Shown piece by piece: positions 43,599 through 61,377 of a stretch of 64,000 nt of DNA. The notes under the pieces were generated by a model, which was given only the letters and a program-made list of their open reading frames with translations, was not told where the DNA came from and did no database searches. Origin of the DNA: Octopus vulgaris (lineage: Eukaryota); NCBI GenBank assembly GCA_951406725.2, contig OX597830.1, positions 35,588,001-35,652,000 of the forward strand. Direction: 5' to 3'. Positions within the stretch are counted from its first letter, which is position 1. Every line of letters starts with the position of its first letter. The position numbers and the translations under genes were made by a program.

Positions 43599-46466
43599 TA
43601 CATATAAATATGTACATATGTATGTATTTATGTATATATGTATACATATATGTATATATATATACTTATACACACACAACACACACGTCTATCCATGTGT
43701 GTGTATACATATTTACATATGTATATATATACATATACACACACACACCCACACACACACATATATATATATACATACATATATACATATACATATACAC
43801 ACACAGAGACACATGGAGCTATGATTACATATTCATCTGACTTGCTGTGTTCAAAATGGCGTGTGTGATTTGAGGGAGATATAATTGTTATTCAGAGCGG
43901 TCTACCGACAACTTAGAGGCTACCTTTTCGTGTTTGCTGTTGCTGTAATTGTTATTATTGCTATAGTAGTTCTGATTCCATGCATAGATCCAAGTTTAGA
44001 AACTATGACAGGAGAAGAAGAAATACTACAAAGCCTTTTGCTTGACATTCATACACTTCAGCCATCTCTTGCCCTCAAAATATTTGTTTCTATTTTATGT
44101 ACAACTTCAGCAATTTTTAGGCGAGGAATTTAATTGCAAGCTTCATCATCAGTACTTAGAGGAGACATGAAAGACAAAGTTGACCTTGGCAGTTTAGAAA
44201 CTAGAAAGCCAATACTGGCAGTCACTATAGTACTTTTAATATTATTTGTTACAAATAGGAACACTTTTATTCTCTTATTAATGTTTTATTGTACATTTTC
44301 CCAATAAACACATTTCATTGTTTGTTATCTACTAATAGGTTTATTGTCAACTAACCAATTAATTAATGAATTTTTTACCATACTCTTGAGACCTATTCTT
44401 TCGTATAAATTATTTCTGATCCTCAATCAATCGGGGAATGAAAACACATTTACATAATTGCAAAAGTCCAAAGAGTTTAAAGAAAATTTTGTAAGAAAAT
44501 GATTAATAGTTAGTTAATAGATTAATTTATTACTTAGCAATACTACAAATATTGCGTGTGTTTATGGGAAAATTGCTCATTGTAAGACATAATAATATCC
44601 GTGCCAACGAATTATTTCGCAGCAAAATTCTTGCAAAATAAATTCTATGAAAATTAAATCCTTATCTGAAAAAATGTAAATCTTAGCGAGAATTGTAACT
44701 TGGGCTCAGATCCTGTCGCGATTGTTACTATTCTTTGGCTGTAAGATGGAAAGCAGGCGGAGGCTTTGGAGCTTCGTCCGCGTCCTTACATTATCAGAGG
44801 AAAAACTTTTATTAAACTCTGTGTTTAATAAAATAAAATACCAGCCATGTGCTGGAGTCAATGGATTCCACTAAATTCCCACCCTCAGAAACCACTGTTG
44901 TTTATCTCTTGGTTGATGTACAGTCAAAGGTGTTCTCTCTGAAATATATATGGATATATAACCTATGGAGTAAATATATGAACAGGGCAAATTAAATTTT
45001 TTTTCCGCATATTGGAAAAATTATGAACAGCCTTATACGATTTTCGTCCTTCATTTTATTCTCATCAGAGGTGTTTACAGCAACTTAACCAATCCCAGAC
45101 AAACAAGCAACTAATCGGTTGCTATACTTAACAAGCTTAGTAGCTTTAGAGAATTGGTGCTACAAATGTGCATGCCGTATCTTTAGCATTTTACATATAT
45201 TTTATATCATATCATATTTTATATGATATCACAGATTTGTCAACGGGAACTCAGTCCAGGGTGTAATATGAAATGGACTTGATTGTTAATTCCAGCTCAC
45301 CTCTCGTTATTACATTTAGGTTTTAGTTTTGGACAATCATTACAATGTACTGATTTATGTTAAGGGGAGTAATATCATACAAAAGCCGATTTATTCCTCA
45401 TCGAGAAATGGTTTGTCTAACAGCTATTGTTGTTGTTCTTGTCCTCGTTATCGTCGTTGTTGTTTTTGTTGTCGTTCTTCTAGCTATTGCTTTCCTTCAT
45501 CTCTGATAGGAGATGTTATGATCAAAGAACAAAGACGTTCTAGGATTGAACTATTGGACAAAGACATTACGTAAAAGTATGGTCAACGAACCCGTCCCAC
45601 ATTTTATTAAAAGGAAATTTAGCTTTGATTTCTACCTAGCTGATACAGCTGCATTCTGATATCACCTAAAGTTCTTGTTGTTGTCATTATTGTTTAACCA
45701 CATGTCAGATTATACATACAAAAATCGTCATCTATTCTTGACCATCCCGCAATGATTTTTCTTCTCAGAAGTGTCTAAGAAACAAATTTGCCAATATCCA
45801 ATTTTTGTGAAGACAGTTGTACGTGATGCGCGATAGCTTTAACTGTTATTTCTATCAAGCATTTTGTACAATTACACGGCAGCTCATTCGTTCAGTTTAT
45901 CGTCTGTTTCGTACCGTTCAAGTAGTCTTGTTTGATTTTAATTTTTTCATTTTCTTAACGAAGCCATAGTTTCAGGTGTGTTACGTGGTGATTAGGTGCA
46001 AGAAGCAATCGAACGATTGGCTCTACTTCTACTTACATATTTTATTTTTCTTCTTATCCTATATGATAGAGTTGAGTGGTGACAGATACTTATGCTCAAT
46101 ATGCAGAGCACACTCAATTTTCTGTATTTTTTTTAAGCACTTAGATGCGAAAATGATCATTTAACAGTATGAGTCTTTTAATAAATTACAGCTTTTAGAT
46201 GTTCACTGATGCGTTAAACGAGAAACGCTTTGCTAGCCAGATTTCATTGGCAATTTTAGCTTCTTTGGTTCGATCTTTACACACATACATACATACATAC
46301 ATAAATACATACACACACATATAATTATTATATTGGGGATCTTTATGTATATCTATATCAATAAATATATATATATGTATGTATATATATATACACACAT
46401 ATATATATCCATACATAGATATATATATATGTCACATCGTGTATATATGGTGAAGTTTACCTGTAT

Positions 46467-46513
<47 letters not shown>

Positions 46514-47499
46514 TATACATATATATGCAAATATACATATATGTATATAATTATATATGTATATTCACACATGTTTATGTATATACATGTGTATATTGTG
46601 TATATGTATGTGTGTGACTGTACCTAATGCTTTTATAGGTCTGCATATGTGTAAGTGTACGTGTATGTGTGTGTGTGTTTGTGTATGCACGTAGGCGTTT
46701 AAAGCAATCTTGAACATGAAATGCCAAACAGTGACAAATATTTTGGCAGGGACAATATTAATCAGCTAATGCGTCAACATTTTTTAAGTGTTCTTATTCA
46801 TACACAGACAATCTCACACGCGCACTCGCACCTGGATACACAGAAACTCGGGCACATAGATGCACACACATACACACACATATACACTCACACACACACG
46901 AGCATTTTAAATAACATATACAAATATATACTTACACATATTCATGTATGACTGATTAACTGTGTATCTGCTGTAGGTAATTTCTAATAACATTTATATA
47001 CATGCACTCAAATGTATATACACACTTTTGTTTATGTGTATGTGTTTGTGATCATATAGCTACGTGTATGTATATATACATATATAGCATATAATTTGTA
47101 TATGCTTTAGCACATACTCATAAGCACACACGCACACGTATATATATACATACATACGCATTTGAGTTTGCATTAAAATGGCGGATATTTTTGACATTCA
47201 TAATGTATCTACACACATAAAGCGACACGGGCTGTGATATTTATATTTCAGAAAACTTCTAATGTAAAAAATTGGGTGTTAAAAAATGCAGCGTTCACTA
47301 AGTATATCGTAACCAGAGTGTCAGGCACGGTGTTTTGGTATCGTTTAGTTTCGTCAGTGATTAACAACCCCTGACATTTTGATTTAAATTGAAAAATATT
47401 CGATCGGATATAGACGCTAGTAAACAAAATGTTCACTGATCTTTGCGAAACGTGGTAAGGTTATAAATATATAAATATACGCATTTATCTGTTAACTTT

Positions 47500-48670
<1,171 letters not shown>

Positions 48671-48774
48671 ACCTTCAAACAGCTTTAGAATAAAATAATT
48701 ATGTATATAACGTACATAATAACCGTACAGTCCAACGTTTGCACCTGAGTTAGAAAGTGTTATTCTTTTCTCAT

Positions 48775-48982
48775 TTAGGCACAAGGCCCGAAATTTTTGG
48801 AGGTGGGGGTGTCCAATCGATTAGATATACCCCAGTATGCAACTGGTACTTAATTTAACGAGCCCGAAAGGATGAAAGGCAAAGTCGACCTAGTCGGAAT
48901 TTGAACTCAGAAGGTAAAGACAGACGAAGCACCTCTAAGCATTTCGCCCGGCGTGCTAACGATTCTGCCAGCTCTCCGCCTT
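48775..48982 (-). mobile_element. SINE family B
   Basis: Reverse complement of family B; probable TSD tgttattct. Confidence 0.88.
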
Positions 48983-49236
48983 AATAAATTGTTATTCTAA
49001 TAAAATGCCATTAGTTTGATTCCGTGTAGGACAGTGGATGTTTTATTCACTTCTCAACATATTGAAGACATTCGACTTCTACAAATATTCACAAGTTCAC
49101 AAATACTTTGTGAATGGAATTTGGTAAACTGGAAACTGTACAGAAATTAACTTTTAAATAAGTTTGTAATTAGTTCATGAGAGTATTTGTATGAATGGGT
49201 GTATGTATGAGTGAGATTGTTTCTGTGACTGATATA

Positions 49237-50420
49237 TTGGGTGATCCCATAAATAATGAGGTTATTTTTATACTCCTATTATTTTTCAAAATTAAGATAA
49301 ACAGAGTTTTTTTTAATCTAAAATGTACTATTCCTCATTTTCTACAATGCTCTACTACATATCTGGTGGACTTGCAAGGCCCCTCTTCCAAAATTCACTT
49401 GTCTGTGACAAAATATTCTCCTTCAGTACTGTTCTGACCTGGTCTACAGAATTTATATTTTATCAATCCAAATGACTGTGGAATAAATGATAATCAGCGA
49501 ATATGGTGTCTCGTGCATCGTTTCGCATTCAAACTGCTCCAGCCTTTGGAATGTATATGGCCGAGCATTATCCTGATGGAAGAACATCTTTCGTCTTGAA
49601 ATCAAAGGTGGTCGTTTTTCTCCTAGCGCTGACTTAAGCCGCTCAAGCTGCCAGCAGTAGATCTTTCTTATCATTTGGTTTTGGTTTAAAAGTTCAAAAT
49701 GGACTAAACCTTTCATATCCCACCAAATAAATAGCAACACGTTACGTGGATGAAAACATTCTTTAACCTCGGGTGCCAGTGTTTCTCCTTTACTTACCCA
49801 CTGTCTTCGGTGCTTGACATTTTCATGGAGAACCTATTTCTTTTCACCAGTTACTTTTCGGTCCAAAAATGATTCATTTGTGAGATGTAACAGCAAACAA
49901 GAGCACACATTCACTCACTGCACATGATCAGACTTGGAAAGTTTGTGAGGAACACATTGACCCAATTTTCTGATATTTCCGATGGAACACAGTTATCGAT
50001 GAATGGTTGAATGACCAAATCCAAGCCTCTCTTCAAGTTCCTCAACGGTTACGATGGGATTTTGTTCAACAAGGGTTTGCAGGAAGTCATCGACGAACTC
50101 TACAGGTCTTCCAGAACAAGGCACGTCATCTAGGTTGTAGTTTCCGGCTCGGAATTTCTGGAAGCACCGTTGAAACTGACTTACGCTTTGTGTCCGATCT
50201 GCATATACAGAATTAATTATCCTCGCACTTTCTGTAGCGTTGTTGCCTTTATTGAATTCATAAGCAAAATATATCCTGTATGTTCCTTTGTCACTTCCAT
50301 TACAGCTTTGAAAAAATAACTGTTAAAATCGAACTGCACTCTTCAAAGCTTGCACCAAGAATAAGAGCAAGTTAAAATTACTATTTGCTTTCATAGCAAG
50401 TTGAAGCAGGTAGTTTAAAC
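49237..50420 (-). mobile_element. Mariner (DD34D-type) transposon relic
   Basis: LLFIWWDMKGLVHFELLNQNQ...YCWQLERL..AL.EKRP...FHQDNARP...PYS; TIR-like ta-ttgggtgatcccataaataatg at 49235. The right boundary is approximate. Confidence 0.85.
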
Positions 50421-50441
50421 AACAACAACAACAACAACAAC

Positions 50442-51546
<1,105 letters not shown>

Positions 51547-51620
51547 ACAAACAATATATTCAATCAACAACATCATAATATTGGATGCTGTGCAACGTCT
51601 TAAATAATAATAATAATAAT

Positions 51621-52085
51621 ATGGACTTGACAGAGCAAAGAGGTGGTACGAACGCATACCTGAAGACCTTATCGAAAATGATAATGCAGAGATCATATGG
51701 GATTTTATGATTCAGTGCGACCATGAGATAGAGAATAGGAAACTAGACATAACGTTAATTGAGAAAGAAAGAAAACGATGCTGCATCATAGATATTGCAT
51801 GTCCAGTTGACAAGATATGTGATAAGGAAGAAAAAAGTCGATAGATATAACAGGTTGGCTTGGGAGGTTGAGCAGTTGTGGTCGCTGGAAAAGGTGGTGG
51901 TAGTACCAATAATTGTCGGAGCCCTGCGTGCAGTGAGTAAAAATCTTGAGAAGTACATTGAACAAATAGGGGCTGCAGAGAACAGCACTGCTTCGAACCG
52001 CTCCAATACTCCGGATGGTTCTCGAAAGATGGTAGTGAACAGCTGACACCATAGTATATCTCCAGTGTTAGAAGCTGTGCAATGA
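51621..52085 (+). mobile_element. Second R4/Dong-like RLE 3' fragment, different subfamily
   Basis: YGLDRAKRWYERIPE...IIWDFMIQCDHEIENRKLDI...IIDIACP / EKKVDRY..LAWEV..LW...VVPIIVGAL; flanked on both sides by (TAA)n. Confidence 0.85.
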
Positions 52086-52086
52086 C

Positions 52087-52139
<53 letters not shown>

Positions 52140-52267
52140 CAACAACAACAACAATAATAATAATAACAACAACAACAACAATCATAATAATAATAATAAT
52201 GATAATAATAATAATAATAATAATAATGATGATGATGATGATAATAATAATAATAATAATAATAATG

Positions 52268-52352
<85 letters not shown>

Positions 52353-52381
52353 TGATGATGATGATGATGATGATAATAATG

Positions 52382-52427
<46 letters not shown>

Positions 52428-52486
52428 TAATAATAATAATAATGATAATAATAATAATAATAATGATGATATGTGAATCATATTAA

Positions 52487-52705
52487 TGGCGGCAACTTGA
52501 CAGAATCGATAGCACGCCGAGCAAAATGCTTAGCGGCATTTCGGCCGTCTTTACGTTCGGGATTGAACTACCACCGGGGTCGACTTTAACTTTCATCCTT
52601 TCGGGGTCCATAAAATAAGTATCAGTTGAGCTTTGAGATCGAATTAAGCTATTGAGCTCCTCCCCCGAAATTCTTGACTTTGTGCTAAAATGTGAAACCA
52701 ATATT
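52487..52705 (+). mobile_element. SINE family B
   Basis: ggcggc....acagaatcgatagcacgccg...gtcgacttt..ctttcatcctttcggggtc. Confidence 0.85.
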
Positions 52706-52944
52706 AAGAAAGAAGAGGAGAAGCAGGAAAAACAAAAATGACGATCATCATTATGATCATGATCATGATGAGAAAGTTTATCATGGAGTTAATGAAGAAT
52801 GAAAGAGATATTCGTTGTGTTTGCGATGAGTTCTCAAATATGAGGTAAGTTGAAGGGAGACAATCTCGCGATGGCGTCTTTTAGTGTAAAATAATGAAAG
52901 CGAGTCACCAAATGCTGGCCTTCCCTTTCATATTTTATTGTCAT

Positions 52945-53004
<60 letters not shown>

Positions 53005-53267
53005 GTTTGTGAGTCGGTATGAGGATGTAGATGCATATAGGCGAATTTGTTTGCTTGCCGAAAATGTTACCTTCTGGTGCGCTTGTATAAATGTGTGCAT
53101 ATGAGGCAAAGCAATTGTGTCGAATGAAATCTACAGTCATGTGATTTAAAAAATACAAAAACGATCTGTGTCTTTTATAACACAATATGTTAAAAACTGT
53201 TACATAGATAATCGTGTATGCTGATATGTATAACATTTATATACATATATAGATATATATTTATATA

Positions 53268-53311
<44 letters not shown>

Positions 53312-53324
53312 AATATATACATAA

Positions 53325-53385
<61 letters not shown>

Positions 53386-53527
53386 TATATATACTTATAT
53401 GTGTTTTGGACATATGTACAAGGATCTACATGAATATGTAAGCTCGCGTGAGTGTGTAAGGATATGCATATTCCATCTTCCGTCATTCATTTGCCATACA
53501 TGTGTGTGTGTGCGTGTGCGTGTACAC

Positions 53528-53643
<116 letters not shown>

Positions 53644-54366
53644 GGATGATAAAGATATATAAATATATAGGTATAGATATACAGATATATAGATATACTG
53701 ATATACTTGTATGTCCATCTGCACATTATATATTCATAAATACATATCTCGTTTTCTCATGTAGGCCTGTGTATATATTTATGTCTACTGATCGCTAGAA
53801 TGCCTCTCCTTAGAAATTCAGAGATTTTCTTTTTCTTCTTTTCGGGATTTTCTTTATCGCAATGTTTATACATTTTCACAATACACAACACACATCGTGT
53901 ACAACGTTACAACACACAGAAAATGGAGGAAGGTAACCCACAACAGTCAGCATTGATATGAAGAGCGTCTATAAGAAGAAGAAAGAAAATACAAAGAACA
54001 AACAGCGGAAACAACAACAATTACAACAACGTTACAACGTTACAACAACGGCTGTAACATGAGCAACAAAAAATATTTTCCTACCCTGGATAGTTTATTT
54101 TTCTTTCGTTTTTCTATATCTTTTTTCTTCATCTTTTTTTTTTTTTTGACAGATAAAACAAATATGAAGGAAAAACAGCAACAATAACAACCAACTGCTA
54201 CGACGACTACAATGTGATCTATAACAACAGCAATAATAAACAAGCGAAATAATTCGTACACTCACCTCTTCTTCGCAAACTCTTCTCCCTTTATTTATTT
54301 ATTCATTTATTTATCTATGTATTTATTTTATAACAGATACAGAAACGCGTTATATAAAGCAACGAT

Positions 54367-54404
<38 letters not shown>

Positions 54405-54678
54405 CGGCAGTAACAACAACAGTGGGGGGATAAAAAAAACAATAGCACCAGGCAAATAGCAAGAAAAACACGAAGAGTACTCCCACCCTCAAACTCCAGT
54501 TTTTCAAACAGATAAAGAAACTTGTTATATAAAACACTATGAATAATACACGCAAAAATATACAATAAAAAAAAAAAAAACAGATACTCCTACCCCGAAT
54601 TTTCTCTTTTTTTCAACATATATAAAACATATAGACACACGCTGCCGCCTCGAAATCATTAACAATAACAACATCAGC

Positions 54679-54749
<71 letters not shown>

Positions 54750-54871
54750 AATACATATATATATATATATATATATATACATATGCATGCTTGTATATAT
54801 ATATATGTGTGTGCGTGTGTGTATACGTGTGTGTATATGTATACACGTATGTATGCAAGCATCTATGTATG

Positions 54872-54902
<31 letters not shown>

Positions 54903-54960
54903 GCAGTAACCGTTCTTATAAGAGGAGCTGAGAGAAACACAACAAATGGATATAAAACAT

Positions 54961-55009
<49 letters not shown>

Positions 55010-55279
55010 ATGAAAGAGGAGAAAGAGCGAGAAAGAAAGGAAGAAGGAACGAAAATATAAAGACAAGGCAAAAATGTGGGGGGGGTAGGGTGAGGGGCAG
55101 CGTGAAGTTGGTAGGTGGAGCGACTATTGAAATGAAATCATATCAAAGCTTCTTGAAGAGCAGCGTGTAAAATTGTTCAACGCTATTCATGCGTGACTCT
55201 TTATTGGTTTTGCTTATATCATTATTGCTTTCACTGATTTTTCTTTTACACTTACTTTAGATAGATAACACCATCATCA

Positions 55280-55386
55280 CACTATCTCTCTATCACTTCA
55301 GTCACCGTCACTCTTTACTCATTTTCATCTATCTTTCACTTTCCATTCTCATTCTCATTCTCATTCTTTTACTCTTCAGCACACAC

Positions 55387-55428
<42 letters not shown>

Positions 55429-55889
55429 GTATATATTCACGTAGGTGCTTTCTCACTTTCTCTCTCATTTTCCCTCTCTCTCTCTCTCTCTCTCCCCTCT
55501 CTCCTCTTTCCCACCCACTCTGTAATGTCTCAATGTCTCAAAACATACCCATTGCTCCCTCTCTATCCATCTATATATATATCAGAATATGAATTCCCCT
55601 ATTCTCTCTACCCCGTTTTCTCAATACCCACAGAGACCCAAACACAAGCACGTACACACACATACACACTCATATATGTGTGTGCATGTATATATATATA
55701 TATGAGTGTATCTTATTGTGTTTGTATACATCACTTTTCTCTCTGTGTATCTATATCAAAACCTCTGCACTCTCTTTTTCTTTCTCTCTCTCTCTCTCTC
55801 TCTCTTTCACTCTCTCCATGTTTCTCTTTTCCATCATGCTCTTTCTAACTGTGTCTCTTCCAATATATCTCTAGCCATTCCCCTCTCCC

Positions 55890-55972
<83 letters not shown>

Positions 55973-57420
55973 GTCTGTCTATCTTTCTATCTCACTCTGT
56001 TAAACGCTCGATCACTCGACCCTCTTGCTTTTACATTATTGCATGTATATTTTATGATTCTTTAATGAATTCTCAAAGTTTACCAATTCTAACTCTCACC
56101 TCTGCAATCTACACAATCCACAATCTCTCTCACACTCTTTCGTACAAACATTTCCCCCCTCTCTCTCTCTCTTCCTGTCTTTCCCTCTCTCTCTCTCTCT
56201 TTCTATCTCTCTTTTCTTCGTTCTTTCACTCTCCTCTTTCTCCTCCTATCAGCAATTACATTCATATCATTTCTTTCTCCATTTTTCTTCAACATTTATA
56301 TACTTTCACTTTCACTTTCTCTCTTCATTTCCATATCCCCCTGTTTCATTTATATCAATTTCTAAATTCTTAACTCTTTTTCACTTGTTTTTTTATTCCC
56401 CTTTTTTTTACTAACATTCCGACAATCTTATACTTTTCTTTTAAACAGCGTGTCCCCCAACAATATTATTTTAACTTTCTCCAAATCAATTTTACCATCC
56501 ACTTTCTTAGTCTCCCAAGCATTCTCTCCATTTTTCACTATCTTTCAGCATATATATCCTCCTTCCCTCTCTCTCTGCTCCTCTCTCTCTCTCTCTTTCT
56601 TTCTCTTTATTTCTCTCTTTCTCTACCCGCCATCGAATTCTGCTTATGAAATTTTTTACATCAATTTGTCGCCTTCTATTTCTGATTTTTCTTCAATCTA
56701 CTTCTCCCTATTTCTTTCTGCTTCTCTCTACCCGTCTTTCAACGCCATTTCTTTTACTTCAACACTTTTTTTGCAAATTCTATCACTTTATATCTCTCTC
56801 CTGCTCTCTCTTAACCTCCCTCTCTTTCTTTCTCTATTTCCACACGCACGCCCTCTTTCTCTCTTTCCCCCATTCTCTCTCTCTCTATCTCTCTCTTTCT
56901 CCTCCCTCTATTTCCCTCACCCTCTGTCTTTCTGTCTTTCTACCCCCACCCACCTCTCTCTCTCATACATTTTCAGCTTCCTTCAATGCATTTTATGCTT
57001 CTCTCTGATTATCTCCCAGGCCAAATTTCTCCCTCTTTTGACCCCGCAACATTTCCACAAATTTTCCCACTCATCATCCACTCTTTTCATATCTCTGTCT
57101 CTCCTTCCTTCCTTCCCTGTCTTTCTCTCTCTTCTTTTCTCGCTCTTCCTCCACCCTCTTTATATCTCTCTTTCCTTCTTTTTCTATTCTCTTCCTCTTG
57201 TTCTCTCTCACTCACACCCTCTCCCTTACTCCTTCTCTCTCTTTCTCATACATCCTTATGTCCATCGTTATATGATACATGTAACTCTTTTACTCACGTT
57301 TGTATCTACCCTAATATTTCCCCTATACTCATTCTTTTATGTTTGCTTTTTATTTGACTTTTTACTTTTCGCTTCCAGTAAAGTCTCTCCCCACATCCAT
57401 CTTTTTCCCCTTACACAAAC
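55280..57420. repeat. ~2.1-kb polypyrimidine / (CT)n-rich low-complexity tract
   Basis: Directly visible C/T strand bias. Confidence 0.9.
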
Positions 57421-57507
57421 AAATTCGTTTCATACGGATATGTCTATGTACACATTTACACACACACACACAAACACAAAAACACTTACACACATATCCG
57501 CTTACAA

Positions 57508-57544
<37 letters not shown>

Positions 57545-57814
57545 CATACTTACATACTTACATACTTACATGCATACATATACAGACTTGTACACATATT
57601 GTTATTCATATTCTCACATTTCCTCCACGTTTTGTCCTCACAATACTTTAATTTTTGTAATGTTTGCTTTCGATTTTGCTATATTTTTGTTGTTGATTTT
57701 TTTTTTTACATTGTGTACTTGCACATAGTTCTCTATCTATCTCCCTCTCTCTCTCTCTCGATCTATCTCTGTATTATTTCTAATATCACTATGCTAATAT
57801 GGCGAATGTGTGTT

Positions 57815-57845
<31 letters not shown>

Positions 57846-57893
57846 TCATATATATATATATGTGTGTATATATGTAAGTATGTACGTATGTAC

Positions 57894-57934
<41 letters not shown>

Positions 57935-58059
57935 TTCGCCATTAGCATAGTAATATAAATATATATATATATATATGCATACATATATACATACATATAC
58001 ATATATATATATATATATATATTTATGTATATATGTATATATGTGTATATATATATATG

Positions 58060-58092
<33 letters not shown>

Positions 58093-58956
58093 CTGGAAAG
58101 CACACGTTCACACTCACACACATACATTAACACACACACCCGCACACGCGCACAAAGATATTCTAGACCGATACGGGTGCACGAACAAATGCGTATAAAT
58201 ATGACGCCTACACAACACGAAAACCAGAACCCACTTACACAAACATAGATACGTATTGACAACTAGAAACATCAAATACACCTACACACACACACATATG
58301 CAGACACATATACACCTACACACACACTAACACACCTATATGCTGAGATCCCCCACACCTAGACATACGCAATCACATTGACACCAGAAAAAAAAAACTC
58401 AGGCAGATCTGCAGTCGCACGGCTCTGTGCAACCGTAAACGACCGTCATTGAAGATGTCTTTAAGTAAGGTTGGAATCAAGGGCGACAAAGAAATAAGGA
58501 ACTAGAATATTGGCTATTTTTACTAAAGATAGTACATTAAAGATCTTAGCTTTTGTGATATTTAAAACAACGCATCACTTGATTTCGTAACTTCTCTTAT
58601 CAACACCTGAACTGATAAATACAAATAAATATATATGCTATAATTTCTTTTTTTATCCCACAGTCACAATGTACATATCTGGTTCAATATGTGTATATAT
58701 GTAGACAAAAGCGAATACATACATACAATCTTGCATATATATATATATATACTTAGTAATGTGCTCGGATATTGAGTGTATCGTACCGGAACATATTTAT
58801 ATCTTTAAAGACGATAAACACACGTACGTCTATATACATATCGATGTATATGTGAGTTGTGTATATTTATAATACGCATGATTATATACGCATATTAATA
58901 TGCACACATGCATATGAATGCATATATGTGTATATATGTAGGAGCATGTTTATAAA

Positions 58957-59002
<46 letters not shown>

Positions 59003-59489
59003 GTGTGTATATGCAAATATGCATGTATGCGCATATATGTATATATTCACGTATATGTATTTGCATATATACCTATAAATATATGTATTCGAGAAAGGTC
59101 TCTACATACATATAGGCGTGTATGTGAGCGTGTGTGTGTATCTGTATGTACATTAGTATATATACATATGCATTTATACATATAGAAATACACATCATCT
59201 ATATACAAATATATATACGCATACATACACATACTTATACATACACACACACATATACACATACATACACATATACTCTCATGCACATACGCACGCGCAT
59301 ATATATCAAACAGACTATGTAAACTTCTATTCAGAAAAAAATAACAGACTTCATTGCTTATATATCTAAACACTTCTATGTTGTTAGCTTTAAAAGTAAG
59401 GCATAATTCAGTGCTGCATTTTCACAGTTGTATTTATATACGAATTCAAGAATTCTCTTTTTCTGTATTGTTTATGATATATTTATCGT

Positions 59490-59638
59490 GGGACTCGTTT
59501 CGGTTATGACAATATGTGTTCCAGTTGATCCGATCAAAGGAACAGCCTGCTCGTGAAATTAACGCGCAAGTGGCTGAGCACTCCACTGGCACGTGTACCC
59601 TTAACGTAGTTCTCGGGATGATTCAAGCGTGACACAGC

Positions 59639-59642
<4 letters not shown>
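59490..59642 (-). mobile_element. SINE family C, 3' part
   Basis: Reverse complement of about 33195-33345. Confidence 0.85.
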
Positions 59643-60033
<391 letters not shown>

Positions 60034-60034
60034 A

Positions 60035-60265
60035 CTTTATTAAAAAGCAACAAAAATATCACAAGAACTGTTACTCAGAGTTTCACGTTCCTGTTCGTAG
60101 GACATTTAGATTCTAAACAAAACACTCCGACGAACGGGAAAGTTAAAATCTGAGTAACAGTTTTTGTGATATTTCTGTTGCTTTTTAATAAAGCGTATTA
60201 CTCTATCTCTAGTATTCGAGTAATATTTTTCCCACCTTGTTTTGCTTTTATGTGCTTACTCTGGT
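60035..60265 (+). mobile_element. Fold-back HHR mini-element, family H1, second copy
   Basis: Inverted arms of about 68 bp. Combining both arms gives UGU CCGACGA ACG GGAA CGU GAA ACUCUGAGU A ACA. The tail matches the reverse complement of 1705-1775; flanked by (TA)n. Confidence 0.82.
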
Positions 60266-60289
60266 ATACATATACATACATATATATAT

Positions 60290-60400
<111 letters not shown>

Positions 60401-60475
60401 ATATACACACATACATACATACATACATACATATATACATACATACATACATACATACATACATACATACATACA

Positions 60476-60508
<33 letters not shown>

Positions 60509-60519
60509 TCTTTGATTCT

Positions 60520-60882
60520 TTTGTTTGTTTTAGTCGTTTGAGTCTTTAGTGGAAGAGATCGACCCCAGGACTTATTCTTTGTAAGCTTAGTACTTACTCT
60601 ATCGCTTTCTTTTGCCGAACCGCTAAGTTACGGGGACGTAAACACACCAACATCACTTGTCAAGCGATGGTGGGGGCGGGTCTAACACAGACACACAAGC
60701 ATATACATACATATATACGAAGCGGCTTCTTACAGTTTCCGTTAGCCAAATCTACTCACAAGGCTTTAGTGGCCCCGAGGCTACAGTTGAAGACACTTGC
60801 CCAAGATGACACGCAGTGGGACTAAACCCAGAATCATGTGGCTGGTAAGCAAGCTAGTTACCACACACTCACTCCTGCGCCT
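60520..60882 (-). mobile_element. SINE family A
   Basis: Reverse complement of family A with a small deletion. Confidence 0.88.
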
Positions 60883-60944
60883 ATATACATATATTTCATA
60901 TATATACATACATATATATACGTTTTGTTTTTAAATGTCACCAA

Positions 60945-61260
60945 CAGAGGCCGAGGCCATGCCATTGTAACGCCTTTCAGTGTGATACACTACTGTTTCT
61001 GGTGGAGTAGCAAGTTGGGCGGAGTTGCTCTTCTTGGTGCCTCTTGCCGCCATATGGGGTCATCTGGCACCTCAGAAGTTTGTCCAGAAGCTCTTTGAAG
61101 GCCTGTACTTCTACATCTCGCAAATTTTTCAGGTTATTTTCAAGAATGTTGAGTTGTTTTGGTTCCTCGAAACCCAAGCTGTTATAGTTCGGAATTCTTA
61201 TTCTAGATGAAGAAACGGGATCTTTAGTTCTATACAGCGTCGTCCAGTTTCCTGTGTAAC
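60945..61260 (-). mobile_element. LINE (CR1/L2-group-like) ORF2 C-terminal fragment, degraded
   Basis: SLGFEEPKQLNILENNLKNLRDVEVQAFKELLDKLL resembles the S....P..FN.LP...R......FK..LD..L C-terminal motif. Confidence 0.6.
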
Positions 61261-61377
61261 AATATTATTCATAGTTTATCAAACTCAAGGAGGAATTATA
61301 TTTCTGGAAGAAATTTGTTTCAAAGGAAGATTCATATGTGCAGCATATCTGGTGTATATCACAAGCATATCTACAAA

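Noticed and set aside
47345-47380. Hairpin gtcag/ctgac followed by GAAAC on the minus strand
   Set aside because: No upstream CUGANGA box and no helix III.
56450-57877. 475-aa Leu/Ser/Phe-rich ORF
   Set aside because: A polypyrimidine tract lacks stop codons by composition.
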